A DNA stretch of 64,000 nt from Thermoanaerobaculia bacterium (GTDB taxonomy: Bacteria > Acidobacteriota > Thermoanaerobaculia > Multivoradales > Multivoraceae): positions 1,216,001 through 1,280,000 of the forward strand of contig OY762911.1 in NCBI GenBank assembly GCA_963666565.1, read 5' to 3'. Within the stretch, counting starts at the first letter, position 1; each line of letters starts with the position of its first letter. Positions 27,414 to 37,500 of this stretch are shown here, one piece after another. The notes beneath the pieces are model-generated. The model saw nothing but the letters and a program-made list of their open reading frames with translations. It searched no databases and had not been told where the DNA came from. The translations under genes and the position numbers were made by a program.

Positions 27414-28463
27414 ATGCGGAACGCCCTGGCCCTGAGCCTTAGATCCATCCTCCTCGGTCTCGCGGCGGCAGCGGTCGTGGGGGGCTGCGGGGGCGATGGG
27501 CGGACGCCGCTGGTCGTGTACTCGCCGCATGGGCGGGACCTGCTGACCGTCGTCGAGCAGGCGTACGAGCAGGCGCGGCCCGATGTCGACGTCCGCTGGC
27601 TCGACATGGGTTCGCAGGAGGTATACGACCGGATCCGTTCGGAGCGGGCGAACCCGCAGGCGGATGTGTGGTTCGGCGGCCCGGCAACGATCCTGGCGCG
27701 GGGCGCCGCTGAGGGCCTGCTGGCGCCGTCCGAGCCGTCCTGGGCCGCGGCCCTCGATCCGGCCGACCGGCATCCGGAGGGGCTCTACTACACGCTCTAC
27801 CAGACGCCGACGATCATCGTCTACAACCGCGACGCGATCGGCGAGAACGAAGCGCCGGCCGACTGGGACGATCTCCTCGACGAGCGCTGGCATGACGAGG
27901 TCGTGATCCGCGATCCGCTGGCCAGCGGCACGATGCGGACCATCTTCGGGAAGATCCTGGCCGACTCGGTGATCGAGACCGGCAGCACCGAGGCCGGCTT
28001 CGACTGGCTGAGGCGCCTGGACGGCCAGACCCGGGAGTACGTCCACAGCCCTGCGGTCCTCCACGAGAAGCTGACCCGCCAGGAGGGCGTGCTCACGCTT
28101 TGGGAGATGACCGACACGCTCTCCCTGATCGATCGGGGCGCGCCGATCGCGTACCGTTTTCCGGCGAGCGGCACCGCGGTGATCCAGGATTCGGTCGGCG
28201 TGGTCGCGGGCTCGGAAAATGAGGACGAGGCGGAGGCATTCATCGACTGGCTCGGTTCCCCCGAGGCCCTGGGGCTGGCCGTGGCCGAGGCGTTCCGGCT
28301 GCCGGCGCGGGGTGACCTGGATGCGGAGGTGCTCGCCCCGTGGGTGGCCGAGGTGCAGTCGCGACTGCGCCGCGCCGAGGTCGACTGGCGGATGATCGAA
28401 GCGAACGGCGCCGCGTGGATGGCGGAGTGGGACCGGGCCGTTCGCGGCCAGGGCGGAGGATGA
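27414..28463 (+). CDS. ABC transporter substrate-binding lipoprotein (Fe3+/thiamine/polyamine class)
   Basis: Lipobox VGGC; ERANPQADVWFGG, IVYN and DPLASGT motifs. Confidence 0.88.
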   Translation: MRNALALSLRSILLGLAAAAVVGGCGGDGRTPLVVYSPHGRDLLTVVEQAYEQARPDVDVRWLDMGSQEVYDRIRSERANPQADVWFGGPATILARGAAEGLLAPSEPSWAAALDPADRHPEGLYYTLYQTPTIIVYNRDAIGENEAPADWDDLLDERWHDEVVIRDPLASGTMRTIFGKILADSVIETGSTEAGFDWLRRLDGQTREYVHSPAVLHEKLTRQEGVLTLWEMTDTLSLIDRGAPIAYRFPASGTAVIQDSVGVVAGSENEDEAEAFIDWLGSPEALGLAVAEAFRLPARGDLDAEVLAPWVAEVQSRLRRAEVDWRMIEANGAAWMAEWDRAVRGQGGG

Positions 28464-28495
28464 GCCGGGCCCGCGACGCGGCTGTCATCCCGGAT

Positions 28496-28522
28496 GCCGG
28501 CCAGAGGGCCGGCGCACCGACA
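28496..28522 (+). repeat. REP-like variant copy
   Basis: GCCGGCC-AGAG-GGCCGGC-GCACCGACA. Confidence 0.7.
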
Positions 28523-28571
28523 GGCGGCGCGGAGGCGGAGCCGTCGCGATGACTGACGAGTTGGCGTCGAG

Positions 28572-29669
28572 GTGACGGCGTCCGGGGTTTCCGTCCGCTT
28601 CGACGACGTCTTCAAGGCGTTCGACGAGACCGTCGTTCTCGCCGGCGTCTCGCTGACCGTCGAGCCCGGCGAGATCTTCGCGCTGCTCGGCCCGAGCGGC
28701 AGCGGCAAGACGACGATGCTGCGCCTGCTGGCGGGCTTCGAGCAACTCGACCGGGGACGTCTGCTGATCGCGGACGAGGCCGTCGAACACCTGCCGCCGG
28801 CGCGCCGCGGTGTCGGCATGCTGTTCCAGAGCTACGCGCTCTTCCCGCACCTGAGCGTGGCCGAGAACGTCGCCTTCGGGCTGAAGGTCCGTGGCGGGGC
28901 GCAGGGCGAGACGGAGGTCCGGGTCGCCGAGATGCTCGAACTCGTACGCCTCTCCGGCTTCGAGCAGCGGCGGATCGCCGAGCTCTCGGGCGGCCAGCAG
29001 CAGCGGGTGGCTCTCGCCCGGGCGCTGGCGCCGCGGCCGCGGGTGCTGCTGCTCGATGAACCGCTGTCCAATCTCGACCCGGCGTTGCGCGAGGAAACCC
29101 GCGCCGACCTGCGCCGGACGGTCAAGCAGACGGGCATCACGACCGTGCTGGTCACTCACGAGCAGGAGGAGGCCTTCGAGCTCGGCGAGCGGATCGGCCT
29201 GCTGAACGAGGGAGGCCTGGAGCAGGTCGGAGGACCGGCGGAGCTCTACCGGGATCCCGCTTCGCGTTTCGTGGCCACGTTCGTCGGTCGTTGCTCCGTG
29301 CTGGCGGGGGTCGTGAAGGAGCGGCATGGCGGCGACGAACTGACGGTGCGCCTCGAGTCGCAGCCCGAGGTCCCGGTCTGGCGTTGCCGGAGTAGCGGCG
29401 AGCTGGCCGTGAACGACCGGGTCGATGTCTGTGTTCGTCCGGAGTCCGTGAGACTCGAGACGGGCGAGGTCCCGGGTCTTCCGGGTGCGATCGAGGCCGA
29501 GCGCTTCACCGGCAGCAACAGCTTCTACACGGTGCGGCTGGCGGCAGGACCGACCGTCGAGGTGGCGATGCCGGGAACCACGGCGGGCTTGAGGGGTGCC
29601 TGCGTCGTTCGGCAGCTTGCCGGAGAGCTGCCGTCCGCGTTTGCCGCGGCGCCGGAGTCCGGCCCTTGA
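28572..29669 (+). CDS. ABC transporter ATP-binding protein (FbpC/PotA-like)
   Basis: GPSGSGKT, LSGGQQQR, LLLDEP and VTH motifs; TOBE-like tail. Confidence 0.93.
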   Translation: MTASGVSVRFDDVFKAFDETVVLAGVSLTVEPGEIFALLGPSGSGKTTMLRLLAGFEQLDRGRLLIADEAVEHLPPARRGVGMLFQSYALFPHLSVAENVAFGLKVRGGAQGETEVRVAEMLELVRLSGFEQRRIAELSGGQQQRVALARALAPRPRVLLLDEPLSNLDPALREETRADLRRTVKQTGITTVLVTHEQEEAFELGERIGLLNEGGLEQVGGPAELYRDPASRFVATFVGRCSVLAGVVKERHGGDELTVRLESQPEVPVWRCRSSGELAVNDRVDVCVRPESVRLETGEVPGLPGAIEAERFTGSNSFYTVRLAAGPTVEVAMPGTTAGLRGACVVRQLAGELPSAFAAAPESGP

Positions 29670-31354
29670 GCGCCGCCGGCGCGGGCCGCGGTGCGCCGCA
29701 GCTCCGCTCGCTCATGCCGTGGCTGGTGCTCGCCTTCCTCGTCTGGCTGGTCGGCTACCCGCTGCTCGTCGTGGCTGCGGAGGCGTTCGGCATCGGCAGC
29801 CCCGACGGAGGCGGTCCGACCACCGAAGCGTTCCGCTCCTTCTTCACCCGCGCCGACGAGTGGAACGCCATGTGGCGGACTCTCTGGATCTCCGTCCTCT
29901 CCACCCTGGCCGCGGCCGCCATCGGCGTGCCGCTCGGCTTCCTGTTCGAGCGCAACGAGATCCCCGGCCGGCGCCTGCTCGGCGCCCTGGTGGCGCTGCC
30001 GGTGGCGCTGCCCCCGCTGGTCGGCGTCATCGCGTTCCTGTTTCTGTACGGAGAGAGCGGGCTGGCGGCGCGCGGGCTTCAGAGCCTGGGTCTCGACGTG
30101 TCCTGGCGGCTGACCGGCGCCTGGGCGATCCTGCTCGTCCACGCGTACTCGATGTACGTCTACTTCTACCTGTTCACCCGGGCCGGGCTGTCCGGGCAGG
30201 ACGGGGCGGCCATCGAGGCGGCGCAGAGCCTGGGCGCCAGCCGGTCGCAGATCCTCTTCCGGGTCACCCTGCCGCGGCTGCGGCCGGCTCTCGCCGGGGC
30301 GACGCTGCTCACCTTCATGACCTCGCTCGGATCGTTCTCCGCTCCTTACATCTTCGGCGGCGGCTTCCGGGTGATGACGACCCAGATCGTCGCCTCGAAG
30401 CTGAACGGCGAACTGCGGATGGCGTACGTCGAAACGACGATGCTGGCGCTGCTCGCGTTCGCCTCGCTGCTGCTGCTTCGCAGGATCGATCCCGGCCTCG
30501 ACCTGGCCTCGGGCGCGCGGGGCACGCCGCCGGCGCGCCGCCGCCTGCACAGCCGGGGCGCCCGGGTCGCTGCGGCTGCGGGCGGCTGGGTCCTGGCCGG
30601 CGTGCTGCTGCTGCCGCACGCGACGCTCATCCTGATGTCTCTCGTGCCGCCGAACACCTGGACGGTGGAGGCGTTCCCGCCGGTGCTCGGTCTCGTCAAC
30701 TACGGCGATCTCCTGTCGTCGGCCGAACGGCTGAGGCCGGCGCTCAACTCGATCTGGATGGCGGCCGCGGCGACGCTGGCGGCGGTGGTGGTGGGCGTCC
30801 TGGCGGCGCGGCTGTCGCTCCGGCGCGGCGGCCTGCCGGGCCGGGCGCTGGAGGCCATGATGACCCTGCCCTGGGCGATCCCCGGCACCGTGTTCGCCCT
30901 CGCCCTGGCGGCGGCGATGAGCGTCAACGCGCCCTGGGTCGGCCGGTTCGTGCTGGTCGGCACGCTCTGGATCCTGCCGCTGGCGTACCTGGTCCGCTCG
31001 CTGCCGTTGACTGGACGTTCCATCTTCGCCGGCCTGCGCCAGCTCGACCCGCGCCTGGAGGAGGCGGCGGCGAGCCTCGGCGCCGGCGCGTTCAGGACGG
31101 TCGTGCAGATCGTGCTGCCGCTGCTGCGGCCGGCGGTGATCGCCGGCGCCGGCCTCGCCTTCATCACGATGCTCGGCGACTTCGTCACCTCGATCGTGCT
31201 CTACACCTACGACACCCGTCCGATCTCGATCGAGATCCAGTCGAGCCTGCGGATTCAGGAGACGGGCATCGCCGCCGCCTACGGCGTGCTGCTGATGGTG
31301 CTGAGCGCGGCCGCTTTCATCGCCTGGGACGACCGGGCCGGCGGCCGGCTCTGA
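29666..31354 (+). CDS. ABC transporter permease with duplicated domains (FbpB-like)
   Basis: Two EAA motifs (EAAQSLGA, EEAAASLGA). Confidence 0.92.
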   Translation: MSAAGAGRGAPQLRSLMPWLVLAFLVWLVGYPLLVVAAEAFGIGSPDGGGPTTEAFRSFFTRADEWNAMWRTLWISVLSTLAAAAIGVPLGFLFERNEIPGRRLLGALVALPVALPPLVGVIAFLFLYGESGLAARGLQSLGLDVSWRLTGAWAILLVHAYSMYVYFYLFTRAGLSGQDGAAIEAAQSLGASRSQILFRVTLPRLRPALAGATLLTFMTSLGSFSAPYIFGGGFRVMTTQIVASKLNGELRMAYVETTMLALLAFASLLLLRRIDPGLDLASGARGTPPARRRLHSRGARVAAAAGGWVLAGVLLLPHATLILMSLVPPNTWTVEAFPPVLGLVNYGDLLSSAERLRPALNSIWMAAAATLAAVVVGVLAARLSLRRGGLPGRALEAMMTLPWAIPGTVFALALAAAMSVNAPWVGRFVLVGTLWILPLAYLVRSLPLTGRSIFAGLRQLDPRLEEAAASLGAGAFRTVVQIVLPLLRPAVIAGAGLAFITMLGDFVTSIVLYTYDTRPISIEIQSSLRIQETGIAAAYGVLLMVLSAAAFIAWDDRAGGRL

Positions 31355-31356
31355 GG

Positions 31357-31428
31357 TGTCGCGCCTGGCCTGCCGTGAGCTGTCGCCCTTGGGCTGCCGC
31401 GGCCTGTCGCCCTTGACCGCCGCGCGCT
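31357..31428. repeat. Degenerate 24-bp tandem repeat x3
   Basis: TGTCGCGCCTGGCCTGCCGTGAGC / TGTCGCCCTTGGGCTGCCGCGGCC / TGTCGCCCTTGACCGCCGCGCGCT. Confidence 0.65.
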
Positions 31429-31474
31429 TTCGCGCCGCAATTGTCGAGAATCGTCGGGGAAGAGAGACCGCCAG

Positions 31475-32719
31475 ATGTCGCGCTTGATCGACCACCGCCT
31501 GGCGGCGCTCATGGTGGTGGCGTTCGTCAGCACGCTGGGCGAGTTCCTGGTCGTCGCGCTCCTGCCGTTCTACGCCGAGCGCTACGGCGCGACGCCGCTG
31601 GAAGTCGGCGCCCTGGTGTCCGCGTTCGCACTGGCGTCGATGGTGACGGCGCCGCTCTGGGGCCGGCTCGCCGACCGTGCCGGACGCAGGCCAGCACTCT
31701 TGCTCGGCCTCGTGGTCTCGGCCGCGGGCTACCTCCTCTTCGGCCTGGCGCAGTCGCTTGACGCGCTGCTCCTGGCCCGCCTCGTGCATGGCGTCGGCGG
31801 CGGCACGGTGCCTGTGGTGTTCGCCTACATCGCCGACTCGGTGGCCGGCGAGCGCCGCGCCGAGGGCATCGGCTGGGTCACCGCCGTCACGAGTTCCGCG
31901 GCGATGATCGGCCCGGCCGTGGGAGGCTTCGCGGGCCAGCTTCATCCGGCCGGGGCCGGCGCCGTGGCCGCGGCGTTCAGCCTGGCGGCCGCGGCGTTCG
32001 CTCGCTTCTGGCTGCCCGAGTCGCGGCCCCGAGGGGATGGCGCCCAGGCGGAGGACCCCCGCTACTCGATCCTCGCCGCCATCGGCCGGGTGGCCGTTCA
32101 ACCGCTGCGTCCGCTCAACCTGCTGATCTGGATCTACGCCGCCGGCCAGATCGGCATGGCGGGCATGACCGCGATCGTCGGCCTCTACCTGGGGCGGCGC
32201 TTCGGCGTGGACGAGTCGAACATCGGCCTGTTCTTCTTCTACCTGGGCGGCCTGTCCATCGCTTTCCGCGTGCTCGTTCTGGGACGGGCGGTCCGCCGCT
32301 ACGGCGAGCTTGCCGTGCTGCGCGCCGGCGCCGTCAGCTTCGGCGTCGGCCTGATCGCCATCCCGTTCGCCACCGGTCTCTGGACGCTCGGAGCGGCGAT
32401 CTTCCTGGTTCCGCTGGGCACATCCCTGCTCTTCCCCTGCACGACGTCCCAGGTCTCGAAGCGCGCCCCCGGAAGCGGCGTCGTCGGGCAGGTGCTCGGC
32501 GTCCAGCAGGCGTACGGTAACGCCAGCAAGATCGCGGCGCCGCTGGTCGCGGGCTACCTTTTCCAGGCCGTGTCGCCGGAAGCGCCGTTCGTCGTCATCG
32601 GAGCGGTGCTCCTGGTCGCAGCGGCCGCGTCCACCCGCCTTCGCGGCTTGTCGAGCCGACGCGAAGCGGAACGTCGCGCTGCGGCGAACGGATCCGCTCC
32701 CCCCGCGGGAGATCGGTGA
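31475..32719 (+). CDS. MFS transporter (TetA/DHA1-like)
   Basis: MFS motif A (GRLADRAGRRP), AYIAD and GPAVGG motifs; about 12 TM helices. Confidence 0.9.
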   Translation: MSRLIDHRLAALMVVAFVSTLGEFLVVALLPFYAERYGATPLEVGALVSAFALASMVTAPLWGRLADRAGRRPALLLGLVVSAAGYLLFGLAQSLDALLLARLVHGVGGGTVPVVFAYIADSVAGERRAEGIGWVTAVTSSAAMIGPAVGGFAGQLHPAGAGAVAAAFSLAAAAFARFWLPESRPRGDGAQAEDPRYSILAAIGRVAVQPLRPLNLLIWIYAAGQIGMAGMTAIVGLYLGRRFGVDESNIGLFFFYLGGLSIAFRVLVLGRAVRRYGELAVLRAGAVSFGVGLIAIPFATGLWTLGAAIFLVPLGTSLLFPCTTSQVSKRAPGSGVVGQVLGVQQAYGNASKIAAPLVAGYLFQAVSPEAPFVVIGAVLLVAAAASTRLRGLSSRREAERRAAANGSAPPAGDR

Positions 32720-32864
32720 AACACGCGGGCCAGGAGCTTGCGCCGCAGAACGCAGCGAAGCAAGTCTGGGGCGCAGGCGCCGCCGTGCGGACGGGATGGG
32801 CCGAAGCACCGAGTCCGCGAGGGGTTTCGGGGCGCTAGGCTTCCCGTCACAGGAGGTACAGGCC

Positions 32865-33953
32865 ATGCCCGATTTCTCGTTGTCCGCGCTGTCGGCCGGC
32901 GCCCTGCTCGAGGCGGCGGGGATGCTGCTGCTGTTCATCGGGTTTCTCTTCGCGGGCTCGAAGGTTCTGCCGGGGCAGAGGGTTGCCGGACCGGAGCTCG
33001 AGGGGGAAACGCGCGTCTACAAGCTGAACGGCCTTGCCCTGTTCCTGGTCACGGTGACTCTGGGAGTCCTCGCCCAGGGGTTCGGGTGGTTCTCCTTCTC
33101 CGTGCTGCACGCGCGCTTCGCCGCCTTGTTCGTCGTCGCGAACGTGTTCGCGCTTGCGGCGGCCGGCTGGCTTTACCTGCGGGGAGCGCGTGCCCGGAGC
33201 GCCTCGGCGGGAGACGGGCGCGGCTTCCTGATGGGCTCGGAACTCAATCCGACCCTCTTCGGGGTGGATCTGAAGATGTTCAGCTACCGCCCGTCGCTCA
33301 TCGGCCTGGCGGTGTTCAACCTCTCGTTCGGCGCGGTGCAGTACGAGGCCACCGGCCGGCTGACGCTGGCGATGGCCGTCTACCAGGCCATCACCTTCGC
33401 CTACGTGTTCAACTACTTCCAGTTCGAGCACGGCATGGTCCACACCTGGGACATCATCGCCGAGCGTTTCGGGCTCGGGCTGGTCTGGGGCGACTACGTC
33501 CTGGTGCCGTTCTTCTACTGCCTTGCCGGGTGGTGGCTGGTCGACGCGCCGGACACGCTGCCGCCGGCCGCGGCGGCCGGGATCGTCCTTCTCGCCGGCT
33601 TCGGTTTCTGGCTCTTCCGCGGCGCCAACGGGCAGAAGCACCGCTTCAAGCGGGACCCGAACGTCCGGATCTGGGGACGGCCCGCCGAGACCCTGGACGG
33701 TCGCCTGCTGGTGTCCGGCTTCTGGGGAATTGGCCGGCACCTCAACTACACCGGCGAGATCTGCGTCTACTTCGCGTTCACCCTGACCACCGGGTTCGGC
33801 TCGTTCTGGCCCTACCTGCTGCCCGCGTGGCTCACGGGGCTGCTCCTGCACCGTTCCCGGCGGGACGACCGCCGCTGCCGCGCCAAGTACGGCGAACTCT
33901 GGGAGCGCTACACGAAGCGCGTGCGCTACTCGGTGCTGCCGTTCATCCCGTAG
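32865..33953 (+). CDS. ERG4/ERG24-family sterol reductase homolog (delta14-sterol reductase/DHCR7-like)
   Basis: YKLNG, GSELNP, WDIIAERFG...WGD, ANGQKHRFK, LLVSGFWGIGRHLNYTGE and HRSRRDDRRCRAKYG motifs; AGGAGG RBS before ATG 32865. Confidence 0.9.
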   Translation: MPDFSLSALSAGALLEAAGMLLLFIGFLFAGSKVLPGQRVAGPELEGETRVYKLNGLALFLVTVTLGVLAQGFGWFSFSVLHARFAALFVVANVFALAAAGWLYLRGARARSASAGDGRGFLMGSELNPTLFGVDLKMFSYRPSLIGLAVFNLSFGAVQYEATGRLTLAMAVYQAITFAYVFNYFQFEHGMVHTWDIIAERFGLGLVWGDYVLVPFFYCLAGWWLVDAPDTLPPAAAAGIVLLAGFGFWLFRGANGQKHRFKRDPNVRIWGRPAETLDGRLLVSGFWGIGRHLNYTGEICVYFAFTLTTGFGSFWPYLLPAWLTGLLLHRSRRDDRRCRAKYGELWERYTKRVRYSVLPFIP

Positions 33954-33996
33954 CCGCGGAGGCTGCCGGAAACCGCAAGTTCGACCCGGTCGGAGG

Positions 33997-34025
33997 TTGA
34001 CGCGGCGTTCTTCCTGTGAAAGGCT
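33997..34025 (+). promoter_or_regulatory. Putative tRNA promoter
   Basis: TTGACG-N17-AAGGCT (weak -10), 12 nt before the tRNA. Confidence 0.35.
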
Positions 34026-34037
34026 CCTCCGTCCTGA

Positions 34038-34114
<77 letters not shown>

Positions 34115-34123
34115 AGTCTTCAG

Positions 34124-34150
34124 AGGCGCGGCCTTCGGGCCGCGCCCTTT
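34124..34150 (+). terminator. Intrinsic terminator after tRNA-Met
   Basis: GGCGCGGCC-TTCG-GGCCGCGCC followed by CTTT. Confidence 0.7.
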
Positions 34151-34205
34151 CGCATGTAAGCGGGGGCTTCCCGGCGGCGGTTATCGCTCGTGTAGGCTCT
34201 CTCTC

Positions 34206-34556
34206 GTGTCGCCGACGCCGAAAGGGGGGCGCGAACGACTGCGGGAGCGCGTGGATCGTTGGCGCGAGAGGGCTCAGCGTTCGCTGCCGACGCTGATCGG
34301 CGTGGGGCTGGTCCTGGCCCTGCTGTTTCTCGCCAGGGCGGGCAGGGAAAGCTACGCGGGACTGGCCGAACTGGCGGAGCGCGAGGCGGAGCTCGAGATC
34401 GACCTGGAAGAGACGCGGGTGCGAGTGGAGCGCCTCCGGCGGACGGTGGAGCTGCTCCAGGACGATCCGGTGGTGCTGGAGCGGCTCGCGCGCGAGGAGC
34501 TGGGCCTCGTGAGGCCGGGCGACACGGTGGTCGTCCTGCCGCGGACGGACGACTGA
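34206..34556 (+). CDS. ftsB: Septum formation initiator FtsB/DivIC
   Basis: TM helix, coiled coil and LERLAREELGLVRPGD motif. Confidence 0.8.
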   Translation: MSPTPKGGRERLRERVDRWRERAQRSLPTLIGVGLVLALLFLARAGRESYAGLAELAEREAELEIDLEETRVRVERLRRTVELLQDDPVVLERLAREELGLVRPGDTVVVLPRTDD

Positions 34557-34571
34557 CGCCGACGCCCGCCG

Positions 34572-37500
34572 GTGTCCGCGTGGCGTGAACTGGGCCGCCG
34601 CATTCGCTGCGGCCGGGACTACCGCGAGCTGGCGGCGGCGGAGCGGGCGGCGGTCGCCGGTCTTCCGGTCCGTGCGGCGGCGCTCGTGTTCGAGCTGCTG
34701 GCGGACGACCGGGAGGGGCCGCAGCTCGTCGTCGTGCCGAGCGAGAACGAGGTCCTGGCCTGGACGGAGGCCGCGGGCCTGCTGCGCGGGCGGGACCCGG
34801 GGCGGGTCGTCCCCTTCCCGTCGCCGGCGCTGACGCCCTATCAGCAGGCGGAGGCCTCGCTGCTGGTGCGCGCCCAGGAGAGCACCGCCTACGACTCGCT
34901 GCTCAACGCGTCGCGGGTGACCGTCGTCTGCACGCCCCGCGCCCTGTTCCACCGCCTGGCCGAACCGGACGCGTTCCTCGCGTCGGTGGTCGAACTGGAG
35001 GTCGACGGCCAGGCGACGCCCGAGGACCTGTTGCCGCGCCTTCTGGCCCACGGCTACCGGCGGAGCGACCTCGTGGCGGCGGTCGGCGCGGTGGCGCAGC
35101 GCGGCGGCGTGTTCGATCTGTTCGCGCCCGGCGAACCCCGGCCGGCGCGGCTCGACCTGTTCGGCGACACGGTCGAGAGCATCCATCGGTTCGATCCGTC
35201 GACCCAGCGTTCCGAAGAACCGATCGGGTCCCTGCGCGTGCGGCCGCTGACGCCCTTCGCCGCCGGGCCGGAGCAGGCGGCCGCCCTGGCCGGCCTGCTG
35301 CTGGAGGAAGGCGGCGACGCGCTCTCGGACCGGGCCCGGGCCCAGTTGGACGACATGGCCGCGGGTGAGCCCTTCGACGGCTGGGAGAAGTACCTGCCCC
35401 TGCTGGCCCCGAGCACGAGTCTCGGCGAGGCGATGGCGGACGCTCCGGTCGTCGTGGTCGACCCCGAGCGGGTAAGCGGGGAAGTCGAACAGCACGCCGC
35501 GCTGCTCTGGGAGGAGTACGCCCGGCGGCGCGAGGACGGCGACCTCGCGGCCGAGCCCGAGCGGCTGACCGTGCCGGCGGACCAGGTGATGGAACTCGTC
35601 GAGCGGTCGGCCTTCCGGGTGGGCGGGACGTTCGATCCGGCCGCGGGCGGCCGGCGCGCCCGGGTCGACTTCGCCGCCGTCGAGACGGACGTCCTGATCG
35701 ATCAGCTTCCCCGTTTTCCGCGCGAAGTGGAGACGGCCGCCGCGCGCGGCGACGACCTCTGGCTGGTGGCCGGCGCCGAACGGCACGAGGCGCTCCGTCA
35801 GACGCTGGGCCGCCGGGAGATCGACTGGGACGGCGGCGCCGTGCGCCTGGTCGACGGCGAACTGGCCCGGGGCTTCCGCCTGCCGCGGGCGGGCGTGGTG
35901 CTGTACGGCGCCGGCCAGCTCTTCCGCCGGCGCCCCCGGGCGAGGCGCCGGCGCCGGATGGGTCCGTTCGTCTCCGGGCTGAGCGACCTGCGCGTGGGCG
36001 AGTTCGTCGTCCACGAGGACCACGGCATCGGCCAGTTCCTGGGGCTCAAGACCCTCGACGGCCCCTCCGGCGACGGCCCGCAACCCGGCGGGAACGGGCG
36101 CCGCCAGCGGCAGGCGCGCGCGGTCGAAGTGATGGAGCTTCTCTACTCGTCGGGCCGGACGCTGCTCCTGCCGCTGACCCGGCTGGACGAGATCGAGCGC
36201 TACAGCGGCATCGACGGCATCGCGCCCCGTCTCGACCGGTTGGGCGGCAGCAGTTGGGCGAAGAAGAAGAGCCGGATCCGGCGCAGTCTCAAGGCGATCG
36301 CCACCGACCTGCTGAAGCTCTACGCCGAGCGCCGGCTGGCGCAGGCGGTGCCGATGGGCGGGGACAGCGACCGCCAGCTCCAGTTCGAGAGCGCCTTTCC
36401 CTACGAGGAGACGCCCGATCAACTGCAGGCCGTGCGGGAGATCAAGGAGGACCTCGCCCGCGACCGGCCGATGGACCGCCTGCTGTGCGGCGACGTCGGC
36501 TTCGGCAAGACGGAGGTTGCGATGCGGGCGGCGTTCAAGGCGGTCGACAACGGGTTGCAGGTCGCCGTACTGGCGCCGACCACGATCCTCGCCGACCAGC
36601 ACCTGCGGACCTTCCGGCGGCGATTCCAGGGCTTCGGCGTCGAGATCGAGATGGTCTCCCGGTTTCGGTCGGCGGCCGAGATCCGGGCGATCCGGGCCCG
36701 GCTCGCCGCGGGCGAGATCCACGTCCTGATCGGCACCCACCGGTTGCTCGGCCGGGACATCGACATGCCGTGCCTGGGTCTGGTCGTGATCGACGAGGAG
36801 CAGCGCTTCGGCGTAGCCCAGAAGGAGCGGCTGCGCGAACTCCGGCGCAACGTCCACGTGCTGGCCATGTCCGCGACGCCGGTGCCGCGCACGTTGCAGC
36901 TATCTCTCGCCGGGGTGAGGGATCTCTCGCTGATCGAATCGCCGCCCCGCGACCGGATGGCGGTCGAGACCCGCATCCTGCCGTTCTCGGGCGATCTCGT
37001 CCGCGAGGCGATCGAGTTCGAGGTGGAGCGCGGCGGCCAGGTGTTCTACGTTTACAACCGGGTCGAGGACATCGAGGGGGTCCTCCGCTATCTGCGCGAG
37101 CTGGTGCCGGGGCTCAGGATCGCGGTCGGCCACGGGCAACTGGAAGAGGCGGAGCTGGGCCGGCGCATGCGCGCCTTCACGGTGGGCGACTACGACCTGC
37201 TGCTGGCGACGACGATCATCGAGAACGGGATCGACATCCCGAACGTGAACACGATGCTCGTACACCGCGCCGACCGGTTCGGCCTGGCCCAGCTCTACCA
37301 GTTGCGGGGCCGGGTGGGCCGCAGCGATCAGCTCGGCTACTGCTACCTGCTGGCGCCGCCGGACACCGTGCTCTCGGCGGAGGCGCGCAAGCGGCTCGTG
37401 GCGATCCGCGAGTTCACGGAACTCGGGGCGGGATTCCGCATCGCCGCCCGCGACCTGGAGATCCGCGGGGCGGGTAACCTGCTCGGCGCCGAGCAGAGCG

